A DNA stretch of 64,000 nucleotides from Bacteriovoracaceae bacterium. GTDB taxonomy: Bacteria > Bdellovibrionota > Bacteriovoracia > Bacteriovoracales > Bacteriovoracaceae. Under the pieces are notes generated by a model. The model ran no database searches. It saw only the letters and a list, made by a program, of their open reading frames with translations, and was not told the origin of the DNA. The DNA lies in NCBI GenBank assembly GCA_041586955.1, contig JBFGZE010000001.1, positions 46,494 to 110,493 on the forward strand, given 5' to 3'. Each line of letters begins with the position of its first letter. Position 1 is the first letter of the stretch. Both the position numbers and the translations under genes were made by a program. Below, in pieces: positions 1 to 9,011 of the stretch.

Positions 1-164
1 GAGTACTCCGAAAAATGGCAAAATTTCACACAATTTAAAAATCCGATGTCCAAAAACTGAACAAGACATAGGCAATTGATTGGACAATTATTTGACACCC
101 ATCAATTTTTTGCCAATTTTGACCTCAAATTGCTAGCGTAACTCCCTAATTTCAGATAAAAAAA

Positions 165-181
165 CTGGCCCCTACTTTGCT
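165..181 (+). promoter_or_regulatory. sigma54 (-24/-12) promoter of the S8 protease gene
   Basis: CTGGCCCCTACTTTGCT: GG at 167-168 and GC at 179-180 with exact 10-nt spacing, about 80 nt before the ATG at 259. Confidence 0.65.
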
Positions 182-258
182 TTTATAGAGGACAAAGAGG
201 AGCAAGGAATGGCCTCAAGAAATTAACTGGCATCTTTAATCGACGGGGTTTTTTAAAA

Positions 259-1332
259 ATGACATTTTCCATCAATAAAAAATTGAAAATTGCTCTACTC
301 TCTGCGCTAGCTCTTTCCCATATAGGGCTTTTTGCAGAAGGTTCAATTGCACCGCTTAAAGACTCTCCTTACGAAAGTTGGGGAATTAATTCTTCACAAG
401 GCGCTATTAATATTACTTCTGCATGGAAATCCTTTACTCAGAAAAAGGATGTCATTGTTGCGGTTATCGATACAGGAGTGGATCCGACTCACTCCTATCT
501 ATATAAGAACCTGATTGTTAAAAATGGCAAAGTTAATATTATGAATTTTGGTAAAGACTTCTCAAAAAATTCCCAGGCAGAGTCCCGCCCTTCAGATTCA
601 CATGGCCATGGGACCCATGTCTCAGGCATTATTCGAAGTGTTTTTCCTCAAGTTAAAATTCTCACTCTTAAGTATTATAACCCTAAGGCCTCGGGTCAAG
701 ATAACCTCAACTCAACAATCAGGGCCTTACGTTATGCCGTTCAACAAAATGTTGATATCATCAATTACTCTGGTGGTGGGCCAGAGCCAGCAATCGAAGA
801 ATTAAAAATCTTAAGAGAGGCCGAGAAGAAAGGGATCCTAGTTATTGCTGCTGCAGGAAATGAAGAATCTAATATTGATATTAAAAAGAATGCTTATTAC
901 CCAGCAAGCTATGGATTGAGCAATATTATTTCAGTGACCGCCCATGATCAACAACTACGTATTCTAAAATCATCTAATTATGGTCGATTGACGGTTGATA
1001 TAGCTGCTCCCGGGCATCGTATTAACTCGGCACTGCCAGGTAACCGCGCCGGATTTTTAACAGGAACAAGTCAGGCAACAGCTTTTGTCACAGGTGCGGC
1101 AGCTCTTTTAAAGGCACAATACCCCAAGCTTACGACTAAAGAGCTCAAAGAAATTATCCGATCTTCGGCCCGTAAAGAAATTACTCTCATGGGTAAATGT
1201 ATCTCAAGTGGACGACTAGATGCCTACAATGCACAGAAATTGGCCGCAAAATATATTAAAGCAAAAAATAATAAATCAAGAAAATTGGCCACCAAAGAAG
1301 AAGGTCAGATTACTTACCGTATGGCACGCTAA
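259..1332 (+). CDS. secreted subtilisin-like serine protease (S8)
   Basis: Signal peptide; VAVIDTG (Asp), HGHGTHV (His), AAGN (oxyanion Asn), GTSQA (Ser). Confidence 0.93.
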   Translation: MTFSINKKLKIALLSALALSHIGLFAEGSIAPLKDSPYESWGINSSQGAINITSAWKSFTQKKDVIVAVIDTGVDPTHSYLYKNLIVKNGKVNIMNFGKDFSKNSQAESRPSDSHGHGTHVSGIIRSVFPQVKILTLKYYNPKASGQDNLNSTIRALRYAVQQNVDIINYSGGGPEPAIEELKILREAEKKGILVIAAAGNEESNIDIKKNAYYPASYGLSNIISVTAHDQQLRILKSSNYGRLTVDIAAPGHRINSALPGNRAGFLTGTSQATAFVTGAAALLKAQYPKLTTKELKEIIRSSARKEITLMGKCISSGRLDAYNAQKLAAKYIKAKNNKSRKLATKEEGQITYRMAR

Positions 1333-1949
1333 TCGTGTAAATTATGCTTAAAAAACCATATACTCAAAAAAATAAAAACAATGAGTCCCATCAAAACTCG
1401 CAATACTCTCAATCCAATAAAGGTTAAGTTTGGAATAGGATTCGTCTTTGATGTTGTAATTTTTTGCATTTGCAAGTCATGCATTTTTTCGCGGAAAAAT
1501 GATAAATGGGAAGAACTCACCAAATACTTTTCCTTAAGTTCTTGGTCGGAGACACCAAAACTGGCCTTTAACTCCATTAAAACAAAAGCTGCTTCAATTT
1601 GATAAAGCTCAATATCATGGGGCTTAGGGCCTTCGGCCATAAAATCATCAATCAACTTCAAGCGGTGGATTAAATTGCGCTTAAATTTTCTCCGTTTCCT
1701 ATCGTTATAAGGAATAAAAGAGAAAAATTGTGATAAGGATGGTATTGATTGGTAATATTCATCTTGTAGGAAAAAGAACGATCGCTCGCCCAAAGGGCCA
1801 CCAAGAGGGTCGAAGTCCAATTGAAACCCACAACTCTCGCAGAGCTTATCTTCCAAATAAATCGAATGGCATTTAGGGCATCTTTGAATGCGAATTTCTT
1901 TTCCAATTTCTTTTGGGTGTTGAATATATTCACTTTGCAAATTGCTCAT
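1329..1949 (-). CDS. hypothetical protein with N-terminal zinc ribbon and C-terminal TM helix
   Basis: CPKC...CESC; hydrophobic C-terminus; start moved to ATG 1949 behind GAGGGA. Confidence 0.65.
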   Translation of the reverse strand: MSNLQSEYIQHPKEIGKEIRIQRCPKCHSIYLEDKLCESCGFQLDFDPLGGPLGERSFFFLQDEYYQSIPSLSQFFSFIPYNDRKRRKFKRNLIHRLKLIDDFMAEGPKPHDIELYQIEAAFVLMELKASFGVSDQELKEKYLVSSSHLSFFREKMHDLQMQKITTSKTNPIPNLTFIGLRVLRVLMGLIVFIFLSIWFFKHNLHD

Positions 1950-2013
1950 ACGATTATTATCCCTCGAATCGAGACCGTTGGCAAATAGCAAGGCCATCCG
2001 CTATTATTAGGAG

Positions 2014-3606
2014 ATGAATAGACAATTAATCAATCGCTACTTACCTGCTCTAATTGGTGGATCACTATACGCTTTAGGTTTTCCCTCAAAACTTATTCCT
2101 CATTGTTTTCTCTTTACCTTACTTGGGACGGGACTTTTCCTATCAAGTATTCAAATGTTTAAAGAAGGTGGTGCTTTAAAAGAGGATTTAAAAAAGTTTT
2201 TTCTCTTTTCTCTAACCTACTACTTAACCGGGTATTATTGGATCCCCCACACATTAGAAGTTTTTGGCAATATTCCCGCCCCCTTTAGCAATATTCTTGG
2301 TATTATTTTTTCTCTCATTATATTGCCTCATTATTTTGTTGTTTTTCTCGGGTTACATTGGAGTGCTCAAAAGTGGCCCAATCTAATCTCTCAATTAAAA
2401 ACTCCTGCGTTTTTGGCCCTTATCATGTGCCTAGGTGAATATTTTATTCCCCAACAATTCCCCGCTCATTTAGGTCATTCCTGGTTAAGTTTGGCCCCAT
2501 ATTTAGGGCTCGCTCCCTTTGGGGGCTATCTTCTCTTTTCCTATATTTCCTATTTTCTTATTTTCCATTGCCTAAAGGCCTGGCAGCAAAAGTCTTACCG
2601 TTCTCTCATTTACCCGGTTTCACTATTTATTTTATTTTTAGCTATTAATATTGCCTTCCCTTTAAAGCGGCCAGAGGTCACTCATAACCTCAATATCAGA
2701 TTGGTCCAGGCCAATATTGGCAATTGGCTTAAGCTAACCTCAGAAACAGGCGAAGAACTATCTATGAATAAAGTTTTCAAGCGCTATCATAAGCTCTCCA
2801 CTAAACCCACCCCAACTGGAGGGCCTATCGATCTTATTATTTGGCCAGAAACGGCCTACCCCAATATTCTCAATAGCGAAAGTATGCGGGTCGCGATTGC
2901 TAACGTGCCTTCTCTCATTAAAGATATTATTTTTGAAATGGACACCCAGTTATTTACAGGTGGCTACGATATGGCCAAAGTCAATGCCAGAAGTAACTTT
3001 GAAAGCGATTATAATTCTGGATTTCTTTTTGGCAAAGATGGCCTCCTAAAGGACACTTATCATAAGATTAAACTCATTCCCTTTGGTGAAAGTTTACCAC
3101 TTGGGCCTTTGAACTCCTTGCTCAGTAAAGTCATTACCAATATGGCCTTTTTTGCCAAAGGAACAAATTATACCCTCTTTCAATTAAAAAACGATCTGAG
3201 ATTTATTAATTTAATTTGTTATGAAGTTCTTTTTCCTGAATTTGTCAGAACATTTTTAAAAGCGAATAAAAAGCGTCCTCATTTTATGATTAATCTTACT
3301 AATGACTCTTGGTATGGAGACACTGCAGAGCCTTACCAGCATTTATATTTGGCCAAATGGCGTGCCATAGAATTCCAATTGCCGATCATTCGCGTAACCA
3401 ATACAGGTCTCACGACTATTATGTTTGAAGATGGAAGTCGCACGAAAGATTTAGGGCTTTTTCGTTCAAACTCAGGAGACTTCCAGTTGCCATTAGGTCA
3501 GGGTAAAGCGACTTTTTATGAACAATGGGGTATTCTTTTAACCCTTCTCCTAGGAAGCGTCCTCACTTTTATTGAGTATTACTGCCGCAAAAGAGTAAAA
3601 TCATAA
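2014..3606 (+). CDS. lnt: apolipoprotein N-acyltransferase
   Basis: Multi-TM N-terminus; IWPETA, YHKIKLIPFGE, ICYE, TNDSWYG nitrilase-fold motifs. Confidence 0.95.
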   Translation: MNRQLINRYLPALIGGSLYALGFPSKLIPHCFLFTLLGTGLFLSSIQMFKEGGALKEDLKKFFLFSLTYYLTGYYWIPHTLEVFGNIPAPFSNILGIIFSLIILPHYFVVFLGLHWSAQKWPNLISQLKTPAFLALIMCLGEYFIPQQFPAHLGHSWLSLAPYLGLAPFGGYLLFSYISYFLIFHCLKAWQQKSYRSLIYPVSLFILFLAINIAFPLKRPEVTHNLNIRLVQANIGNWLKLTSETGEELSMNKVFKRYHKLSTKPTPTGGPIDLIIWPETAYPNILNSESMRVAIANVPSLIKDIIFEMDTQLFTGGYDMAKVNARSNFESDYNSGFLFGKDGLLKDTYHKIKLIPFGESLPLGPLNSLLSKVITNMAFFAKGTNYTLFQLKNDLRFINLICYEVLFPEFVRTFLKANKKRPHFMINLTNDSWYGDTAEPYQHLYLAKWRAIEFQLPIIRVTNTGLTTIMFEDGSRTKDLGLFRSNSGDFQLPLGQGKATFYEQWGILLTLLLGSVLTFIEYYCRKRVKS

Positions 3607-3647
3607 GATGACATCAAGAAATATTTTTCGCTATCATCGACTATATA

Positions 3648-4640
3648 TTAGTTCTTGATGAGTCCATTTTTAATAAGATCATGGAGTCGTAAAAAACCTT
3701 TGAAGGTCTTATCATCACCGATTACTGGCAAAATTGAAATGGGGCGATCACGGTCTTCCATCATCAATAAACCCTCATAGGCCAATTCATTTTCATTAAT
3801 GGTTATGGGATTTTTATTCATGAGATGAAGCAGTTTTGCGTTAAGGTCAATATCATTAACAAGAGCACGACGGATATCCCCCTCAACCATAATTCCTTTT
3901 AAATGCCTACTCTCATCCAAAAAAGCAAAACCACCGACCGGCCTATTGGTCATCGCCATAAGAATATCACGCCATTTGGCATCTTCTTGACCACAAGGGC
4001 ATTTTTCATATGAAACCATAAGATCTTTAACTTTAATCCGCAGTTTCTTACCAAGTAACCCGCCAGGATGGTTAATCGCAAAGTCCTCTTTAGAAAGCCC
4101 AATAATTTTTTCGTAAACGACGGCCATGGCATCACCCATGGCCAAGGCCAATGTTGACGAAGTCGTTGGCGCTTGATCATTTAGGCAGGCCTCTTTTTCA
4201 ACTGAACAATCAAAAACGAGGCCACATTCCTTGCCGATCGGGGAATTGATATTACCAAGAAGACCAATCCGTTGAGATTTAGGTATTTCAATGAAAGGAA
4301 GGAGTTTTAGAATTTCCTCTGTATTTCCCGATTTTGAAACAAGAACAATGGTATCGCATCGGCGTAGGCGTCCTAGGTCACCGTGCAAGGCCTCTATCGG
4401 GTGAAGTATAAATGACGGTAATCCCAAAGAAGTAAAAGTCGAGGCAAGCTTATGAGCGATAAGGCCAGACTTTCCCACCCCAATGAAAAAAAGTGATCCC
4501 TCTCGCTGTTGTAGGTCATTAAAAATTTGGATTAATTGCTCACCCTTTTGTGCCGTAATCTTTTCCGACGCTTTGACTAGGGCTTCTGCTTCCAATTTTA
4601 AAACATTCTTTAATAAATTGAACGCGACTTGCTGATTCAT
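3648..4640 (-). CDS. kdsD: arabinose-5-phosphate isomerase (KpsF/GutQ family, SIS + CBS)
   Basis: GVGKSG, EALHGDLG, APTTS, HPGGLLG; start at ATG 4640. Confidence 0.93.
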   Translation of the reverse strand: MNQQVAFNLLKNVLKLEAEALVKASEKITAQKGEQLIQIFNDLQQREGSLFFIGVGKSGLIAHKLASTFTSLGLPSFILHPIEALHGDLGRLRRCDTIVLVSKSGNTEEILKLLPFIEIPKSQRIGLLGNINSPIGKECGLVFDCSVEKEACLNDQAPTTSSTLALAMGDAMAVVYEKIIGLSKEDFAINHPGGLLGKKLRIKVKDLMVSYEKCPCGQEDAKWRDILMAMTNRPVGGFAFLDESRHLKGIMVEGDIRRALVNDIDLNAKLLHLMNKNPITINENELAYEGLLMMEDRDRPISILPVIGDDKTFKGFLRLHDLIKNGLIKN

Positions 4641-4693
4641 ACAAAATTTCCTCGGCCTTACCAAATAAATAGGATTGAAGTATAATAGATCCT

Positions 4694-5248
4694 ATGAAAA
4701 CAATATCCTTATTATCACACCATTTAAAGAGTCCAAAACTCATTCTCTTACTGCTGACAGTGTGCACCATTAGCAATTGTTCATCCTATAAGAAGTATAA
4801 ACATATTACCGAAGATCTCGAAATCCCCTCAAAGGTTTACAACACTGAGTTCACTCAAACTTGGCAGGCCATCTTACAGGTCATGAAAAAATACGAATTA
4901 GAGCATCAAAATCAAGAGTCCGGGGTTATTAAAACGCGCTGGATCACTAACACCGTCGAACTTAATTTTTCCGACTCATTCGGATCAAACGATGCCATTA
5001 AGGCAGCGCGTTTCAAAATAGTTCTCAATGCCGTCAAAGGATTTCGCGGAGCGAGAGAAGTCACCAAAGTCACCATTTTTAAACGCCAAATGATTGAACA
5101 AGACTTTCTTCAAGGATGGTGAGTCGTTCCGACAGATGGCACTTTAGAGACGACAATTCTCTATCGTATCGGCCGTATCTTGATGATAGATAACCGCCTA
5201 AAGAAAATTGAACAAGAAAAGAGTAAAGCAGCAGAAGAGTCTTTTTAG
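4694..5248 (+). CDS. outer-membrane lipoprotein (possibly BamC/NlpB-like) interrupted by an in-frame TGA at 5120-5122
   Basis: Lipobox-like ISNC; the frame stays open for 41 protein-like codons after the TGA, to TAG 5246-5248, which is followed by a hairpin. Confidence 0.6.
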
Positions 5249-5249
5249 A

Positions 5250-5272
5250 TGGCGCTTGATTTCTAAGCGCCA
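5250..5272. terminator. hairpin between convergent genes
   Basis: TGGCGCTT-N7-AAGCGCCA, perfect 8-bp stem; no clear U-tract. Confidence 0.55.
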
Positions 5273-5275
5273 GAA

Positions 5276-6043
5276 TTAAATTATTTTTTGACTGATCGCA
5301 AGTTTATTCCAAAATCTCATTTTTGTGTTTTGGTCACTATCAGGAGATTTTTTTCCTGTAATTTTTTCTAATGAATAATCAAGGTCTAAAAAAATATCCT
5401 TATAACGCTTTTTTTGAATCATGCTCAACATAGGCTTAAGGGATTTTTTAAACTTCAAATCACCCATTGTTCTAATAATAGACTTCACAATATGAGCTCT
5501 TTTATTCCCTTTTTTAGAAGAGTAATAATTACGCTTATCATAGAGCATTGACCAGACATTTGGAGCTAAAGAGACAACATTTAGTTTGCGGATATTCTGC
5601 AAGGCCTGCGAGCGAACGATAAGAGATTTATCTTTAAGCGCTTTCGCATAGACTTTATCAAGCTTGTTTTGCTTTAAAGAAAGAAGAGTTTTTAAGCTTG
5701 CCATTCGTAAAACCCAATTTGGATGTTCTAAAAATTTTGAAATAAAAGGAACTGATTTTTTACCCATAATCTTCCCAACGAGAAAAGTCGCCATCCAACG
5801 ATTTTTATCAGGGTATTTGGCCCCCTTCATAACTTTGATGAGAATGGGAATGGCCTTACCTCCCAAGCGAATAGTATCTTGCTTTAAAGATACCATTTCC
5901 TTTTTACTGAGATTCTTTTTATAGCTCTCAAGCAGAGGAGATTTTGTTCCAAGGGTTGGTTTTTTAATATTAGCAAATGATGGAGTTGATAAAATTAGAA
6001 GGAGAGCTGTCATTAACCCTCGTAATTGATTGCAGGAAATCAT
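5276..6043 (-). CDS. exported HEAT-repeat protein
   Basis: Signal peptide; HEAT-like repeats (HPNWVLRMASLKTL, DKSLIVRSQALQNI). Confidence 0.75.
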   Translation of the reverse strand: MISCNQLRGLMTALLLILSTPSFANIKKPTLGTKSPLLESYKKNLSKKEMVSLKQDTIRLGGKAIPILIKVMKGAKYPDKNRWMATFLVGKIMGKKSVPFISKFLEHPNWVLRMASLKTLLSLKQNKLDKVYAKALKDKSLIVRSQALQNIRKLNVVSLAPNVWSMLYDKRNYYSSKKGNKRAHIVKSIIRTMGDLKFKKSLKPMLSMIQKKRYKDIFLDLDYSLEKITGKKSPDSDQNTKMRFWNKLAISQKII

Positions 6044-6063
6044 CGTCTTACATCCTAGTTAAA

Positions 6064-7041
6064 TTAACCGAGCATCTTTTCAAATTCACTTAATAATTCT
6101 TCGGCCGATTTTTGATCGCCTTCATCTTCAGACCCATCCGGCATATCAGCTCCACCATCTGCTTTTTCAGCTGGTTCGGCCGCAACTGGTTCTTCTTCTT
6201 CTTCTTCTTCAAACCCACCGATCGGGAGATCATCTCCACTTTCCACTTCATCGCCTGTAGGAATGGGAGCTCCATCTTCACTTGAGTCCATCATTGAATC
6301 AGGCATATCATCACCAGAGTCGGGACTCTCTTTAGGCCCACTGTCAGACTCTCCCCCCATATCAGCAATGGTTTTTTTCAATTGGTCATTTTCCTGCTGA
6401 AGGCGCTTAAGGTTGGCCAAATCTTCTTCAATAATTTCGTATTCAGTTAACTTTTCTTTGAGTTCGTCTAATTCAGCGACAAGCTCAGATACTGCACCAT
6501 CGTCTCCGGAACTCTCTTTTGCCTTGGCCAAGAGACCCTCTAATTCTGTAATACGATCTTTTAATTGTTGGTTTTCAGTTTTTAAAGATTTGATTTCATC
6601 TAATAAAGAGGAATCATCGCCACTGGCAGCTGCTGTTAATTGTTTTTCTAAATCAGAGACCATTTTTTCTTTATCTGCAAGGTCACGCCTTAAAGCAGTA
6701 ATCTCGGCACTTTTTTGATTAAGAACTTCCTCTGGAATACCTGAATTTAAGGCATTACTACTTGGCAAATTCTGAACAGGAACAACGGAAGGAATACTCT
6801 CGCCAATATCTAGGCCACTACCACGAAATAAGGTTGATTTAAGAGAATTAGAGTTTTGAATTATGGAATCCAAATAATTTTTAACGACACTTGCTGGAAT
6901 TTGATGCGTTAGTTTCTTAAACTTTCTTCTATTGTAATCCCAATAGAAGAAGAGAACCACCAATGTAGTCATCAAAAGGGAAGCCGCGATCATTACGATC
7001 TCGTCATTATACTTAGTAAACGATAAAATGAGAGTTTCCAC
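6064..7041 (-). CDS. membrane-anchored coiled-coil protein with acidic disordered tail
   Basis: One N-terminal TM helix, long heptad region, D/E/G/S-rich linker, terminal helix SAEELLSEFEKMLG. Confidence 0.8.
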   Translation of the reverse strand: METLILSFTKYNDEIVMIAASLLMTTLVVLFFYWDYNRRKFKKLTHQIPASVVKNYLDSIIQNSNSLKSTLFRGSGLDIGESIPSVVPVQNLPSSNALNSGIPEEVLNQKSAEITALRRDLADKEKMVSDLEKQLTAAASGDDSSLLDEIKSLKTENQQLKDRITELEGLLAKAKESSGDDGAVSELVAELDELKEKLTEYEIIEEDLANLKRLQQENDQLKKTIADMGGESDSGPKESPDSGDDMPDSMMDSSEDGAPIPTGDEVESGDDLPIGGFEEEEEEEPVAAEPAEKADGGADMPDGSEDEGDQKSAEELLSEFEKMLG

Positions 7042-7136
7042 CTTTATCCATCCTTGGAAGAGCGGTTTCTAATGCTCTAAAATGTTCTTCTATAATTATT
7101 AAAGCGTATGAAATTTTTGTCAAATCAAGGAGCGAA

Positions 7137-7988
7137 TTACCCAGAAACTTGACCTACCATTTTGGTATGAATACTAGGGTGGGACGCCACAATATGAGGG
7201 CCGAAGGGAGAATATTTGCGACCATTATAGTCTGTTACCTTGATGCCCGCTTCTTGGCAGATAACCATCGCCGCACAAGTATCCCAAGGGGCCAGCCCCC
7301 TTTCCCAAAAGCCATCGAAAATCCCCTGGGCCACATGACAAAGATCAAGGGCAGCTGAACCCATACGGCGAATTCCGCGACTGGTAGACATTATTTTCTT
7401 AAAGATGCGAAATTCATTATCGAAAACCTTACCTTTTTCTGTAGCAAACCCTGTCACTAAAAGGCATTCTCTGAGATTTTTCTTCACCTTCCGCTGCTCT
7501 AGCTTCTTTTTACGCATTTTTTTCTGAGAATTTTCAAGGTAAGCTCCAACACCATCGATGGCCCAATAAAAGTCCCCCGTTTGTGGTCGATAAATGACAC
7601 CTAAAACTGCTTTGCCCTTCACCATAAGGCCAATACAAACAGCAAAGTAATCCATACCATTTAAAAAATTGGTCGTTCCATCGAGGGGATCAATCACCCA
7701 AAGACAATCTTCACCGGCGGTAAATTGACTCCAGTCACCTCGGCCTTCCATAAACCAAGATTCTTCCGCCATAAAGCCAAAAGACGGCCTTTTCTTTTTT
7801 AATTCTTTAAGAATAAATTTCTCGGCCTTGATATCTGCCTCAGAGACCACCCCCTGTGCCTCTTTTCCGCATATATCGAGAGAGTGGATCTTTTTTTGAT
7901 ATTTAATGAGAATAGAGCCCGCTTTTTCTGCAACCTCTTTAACTTCCTTTAAAATTTTTTTTAATTCATTCGTTGGTATTCTTTTCAT
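7137..7988 (-). CDS. suhB: inositol monophosphatase family protein
   Basis: AEES, WVIDPLDGTTNF, GSAALD, PWD motifs; likely start ATG 7988 (the longer ORF overlaps yacG). Confidence 0.88.
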   Translation of the reverse strand: MKRIPTNELKKILKEVKEVAEKAGSILIKYQKKIHSLDICGKEAQGVVSEADIKAEKFILKELKKKRPSFGFMAEESWFMEGRGDWSQFTAGEDCLWVIDPLDGTTNFLNGMDYFAVCIGLMVKGKAVLGVIYRPQTGDFYWAIDGVGAYLENSQKKMRKKKLEQRKVKKNLRECLLVTGFATEKGKVFDNEFRIFKKIMSTSRGIRRMGSAALDLCHVAQGIFDGFWERGLAPWDTCAAMVICQEAGIKVTDYNGRKYSPFGPHIVASHPSIHTKMVGQVSG

Positions 7989-8202
7989 CGTTTTCCAGGG
8001 CCCGGGCCAAGTTATCCATTTCTTCTGTGGTAATATTTTTAGCAGGTACGGCATATTGCCCCTGCATCCAATTCCCCAAATCAACCATTTTACACCTTTC
8101 TGTGCAAAAGGGGCGAAAATCACTTTGATAATAAGAAAATTCTTTTTGGCATTTTGGACATTTTACCCGCAATGTTTTCTTTTTAGAATTGGTTTGATTC
8201 AT
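7966..8202 (-). CDS. yacG: DNA gyrase inhibitor YacG
   Basis: CPKC...RPFCTERCKMVDLGNW; GAGGA SD before ATG 8202. Confidence 0.9.
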   Translation of the reverse strand: MNQTNSKKKTLRVKCPKCQKEFSYYQSDFRPFCTERCKMVDLGNWMQGQYAVPAKNITTEEMDNLARALENDEKNTNE

Positions 8203-8953
8203 TAATAAAGTCCTCATTCATTTTCAATTCAATCTTTGAGTCAGAAGTATATTTCATATCATCTATTTCATGGACTTGCCATAAGCCACGGGCCGCATTA
8301 ATGGCGTAACAATGGCGATAATCTGCCAAGTCCTGATAGAAGATTTCTTTTTCCACTAGAGGTAAGCTGTTCAAAACCTTCCTCTTTAATAACCATTGCC
8401 GACATAATCCATTTAATAGTTTACCGGAACTTCGTGGTGTCACCCAACCATACTCATTACCAAAGATAATATTAAAAAAGCTTCCCTCTTGAACCTGCTC
8501 TCCTTGATCTATCAATAAATAGGGAGGCTCCTCCCCAGGTGGATAAATCAACAAAGAGTCTGTTTTCAAAAAGGGAGGGTATTCATTCCTCAATGAGGAT
8601 AATTTTTTTGATTGCAAGACACGTGGAACGCTTATGGCGCAATCCCTCGGGATAAAACCATAAGTCAGTTCTTGACCATTCCAATAGCAATGAAAGCGCA
8701 CGCTCCAAGTTTTACTTGCCGGCAATGATCGAACGAGTTCTTTCAACTCTTTCAAGGCAACCTGAAAAAAGTCCTCTAAAGAGTCTCTTAGGCCCAGAAA
8801 AGAGAGGGACTGCTCTAAGCGCTGGCAATGTTCCCGCCACCACCAGATTCGGTCATGTTTTACACGGATAGTCGTAAAGCATGACCCCTGGCCCCGAGGA
8901 ATTTCATTTTCAACTATTTGCTGACCATCGCCATTAAGTGCTCTTAATTTCAT
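8183..8953 (-). CDS. PLP fold-type IV aminotransferase/lyase (PabC/IlvE-like)
   Basis: FTT...HCQRL, LKT (PLP lysine), EGSFFNI, LLNGLCR motifs. Confidence 0.75.
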   Translation of the reverse strand: MKLRALNGDGQQIVENEIPRGQGSCFTTIRVKHDRIWWWREHCQRLEQSLSFLGLRDSLEDFFQVALKELKELVRSLPASKTWSVRFHCYWNGQELTYGFIPRDCAISVPRVLQSKKLSSLRNEYPPFLKTDSLLIYPPGEEPPYLLIDQGEQVQEGSFFNIIFGNEYGWVTPRSSGKLLNGLCRQWLLKRKVLNSLPLVEKEIFYQDLADYRHCYAINAARGLWQVHEIDDMKYTSDSKIELKMNEDFINESNQF

Positions 8954-9011
8954 AGACTTCCTATAGTAGAAAGTTTGCTTTGGAATTTCAAACATGGTAA
9001 CACTCTAGGCC

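Noticed and set aside
5120..5122. Genome-wide UGA reassignment
   Set aside because: TGA ends several conserved genes at their expected positions, Trp is encoded by TGG, and prfB has intact SPF/GGQ motifs and a UGA-dependent frameshift site.
7989..8123. N-terminal 45-aa extension of suhB in the ORF track
   Set aside because: It overlaps yacG in another frame; the IMPase fold begins near ATG 7988.
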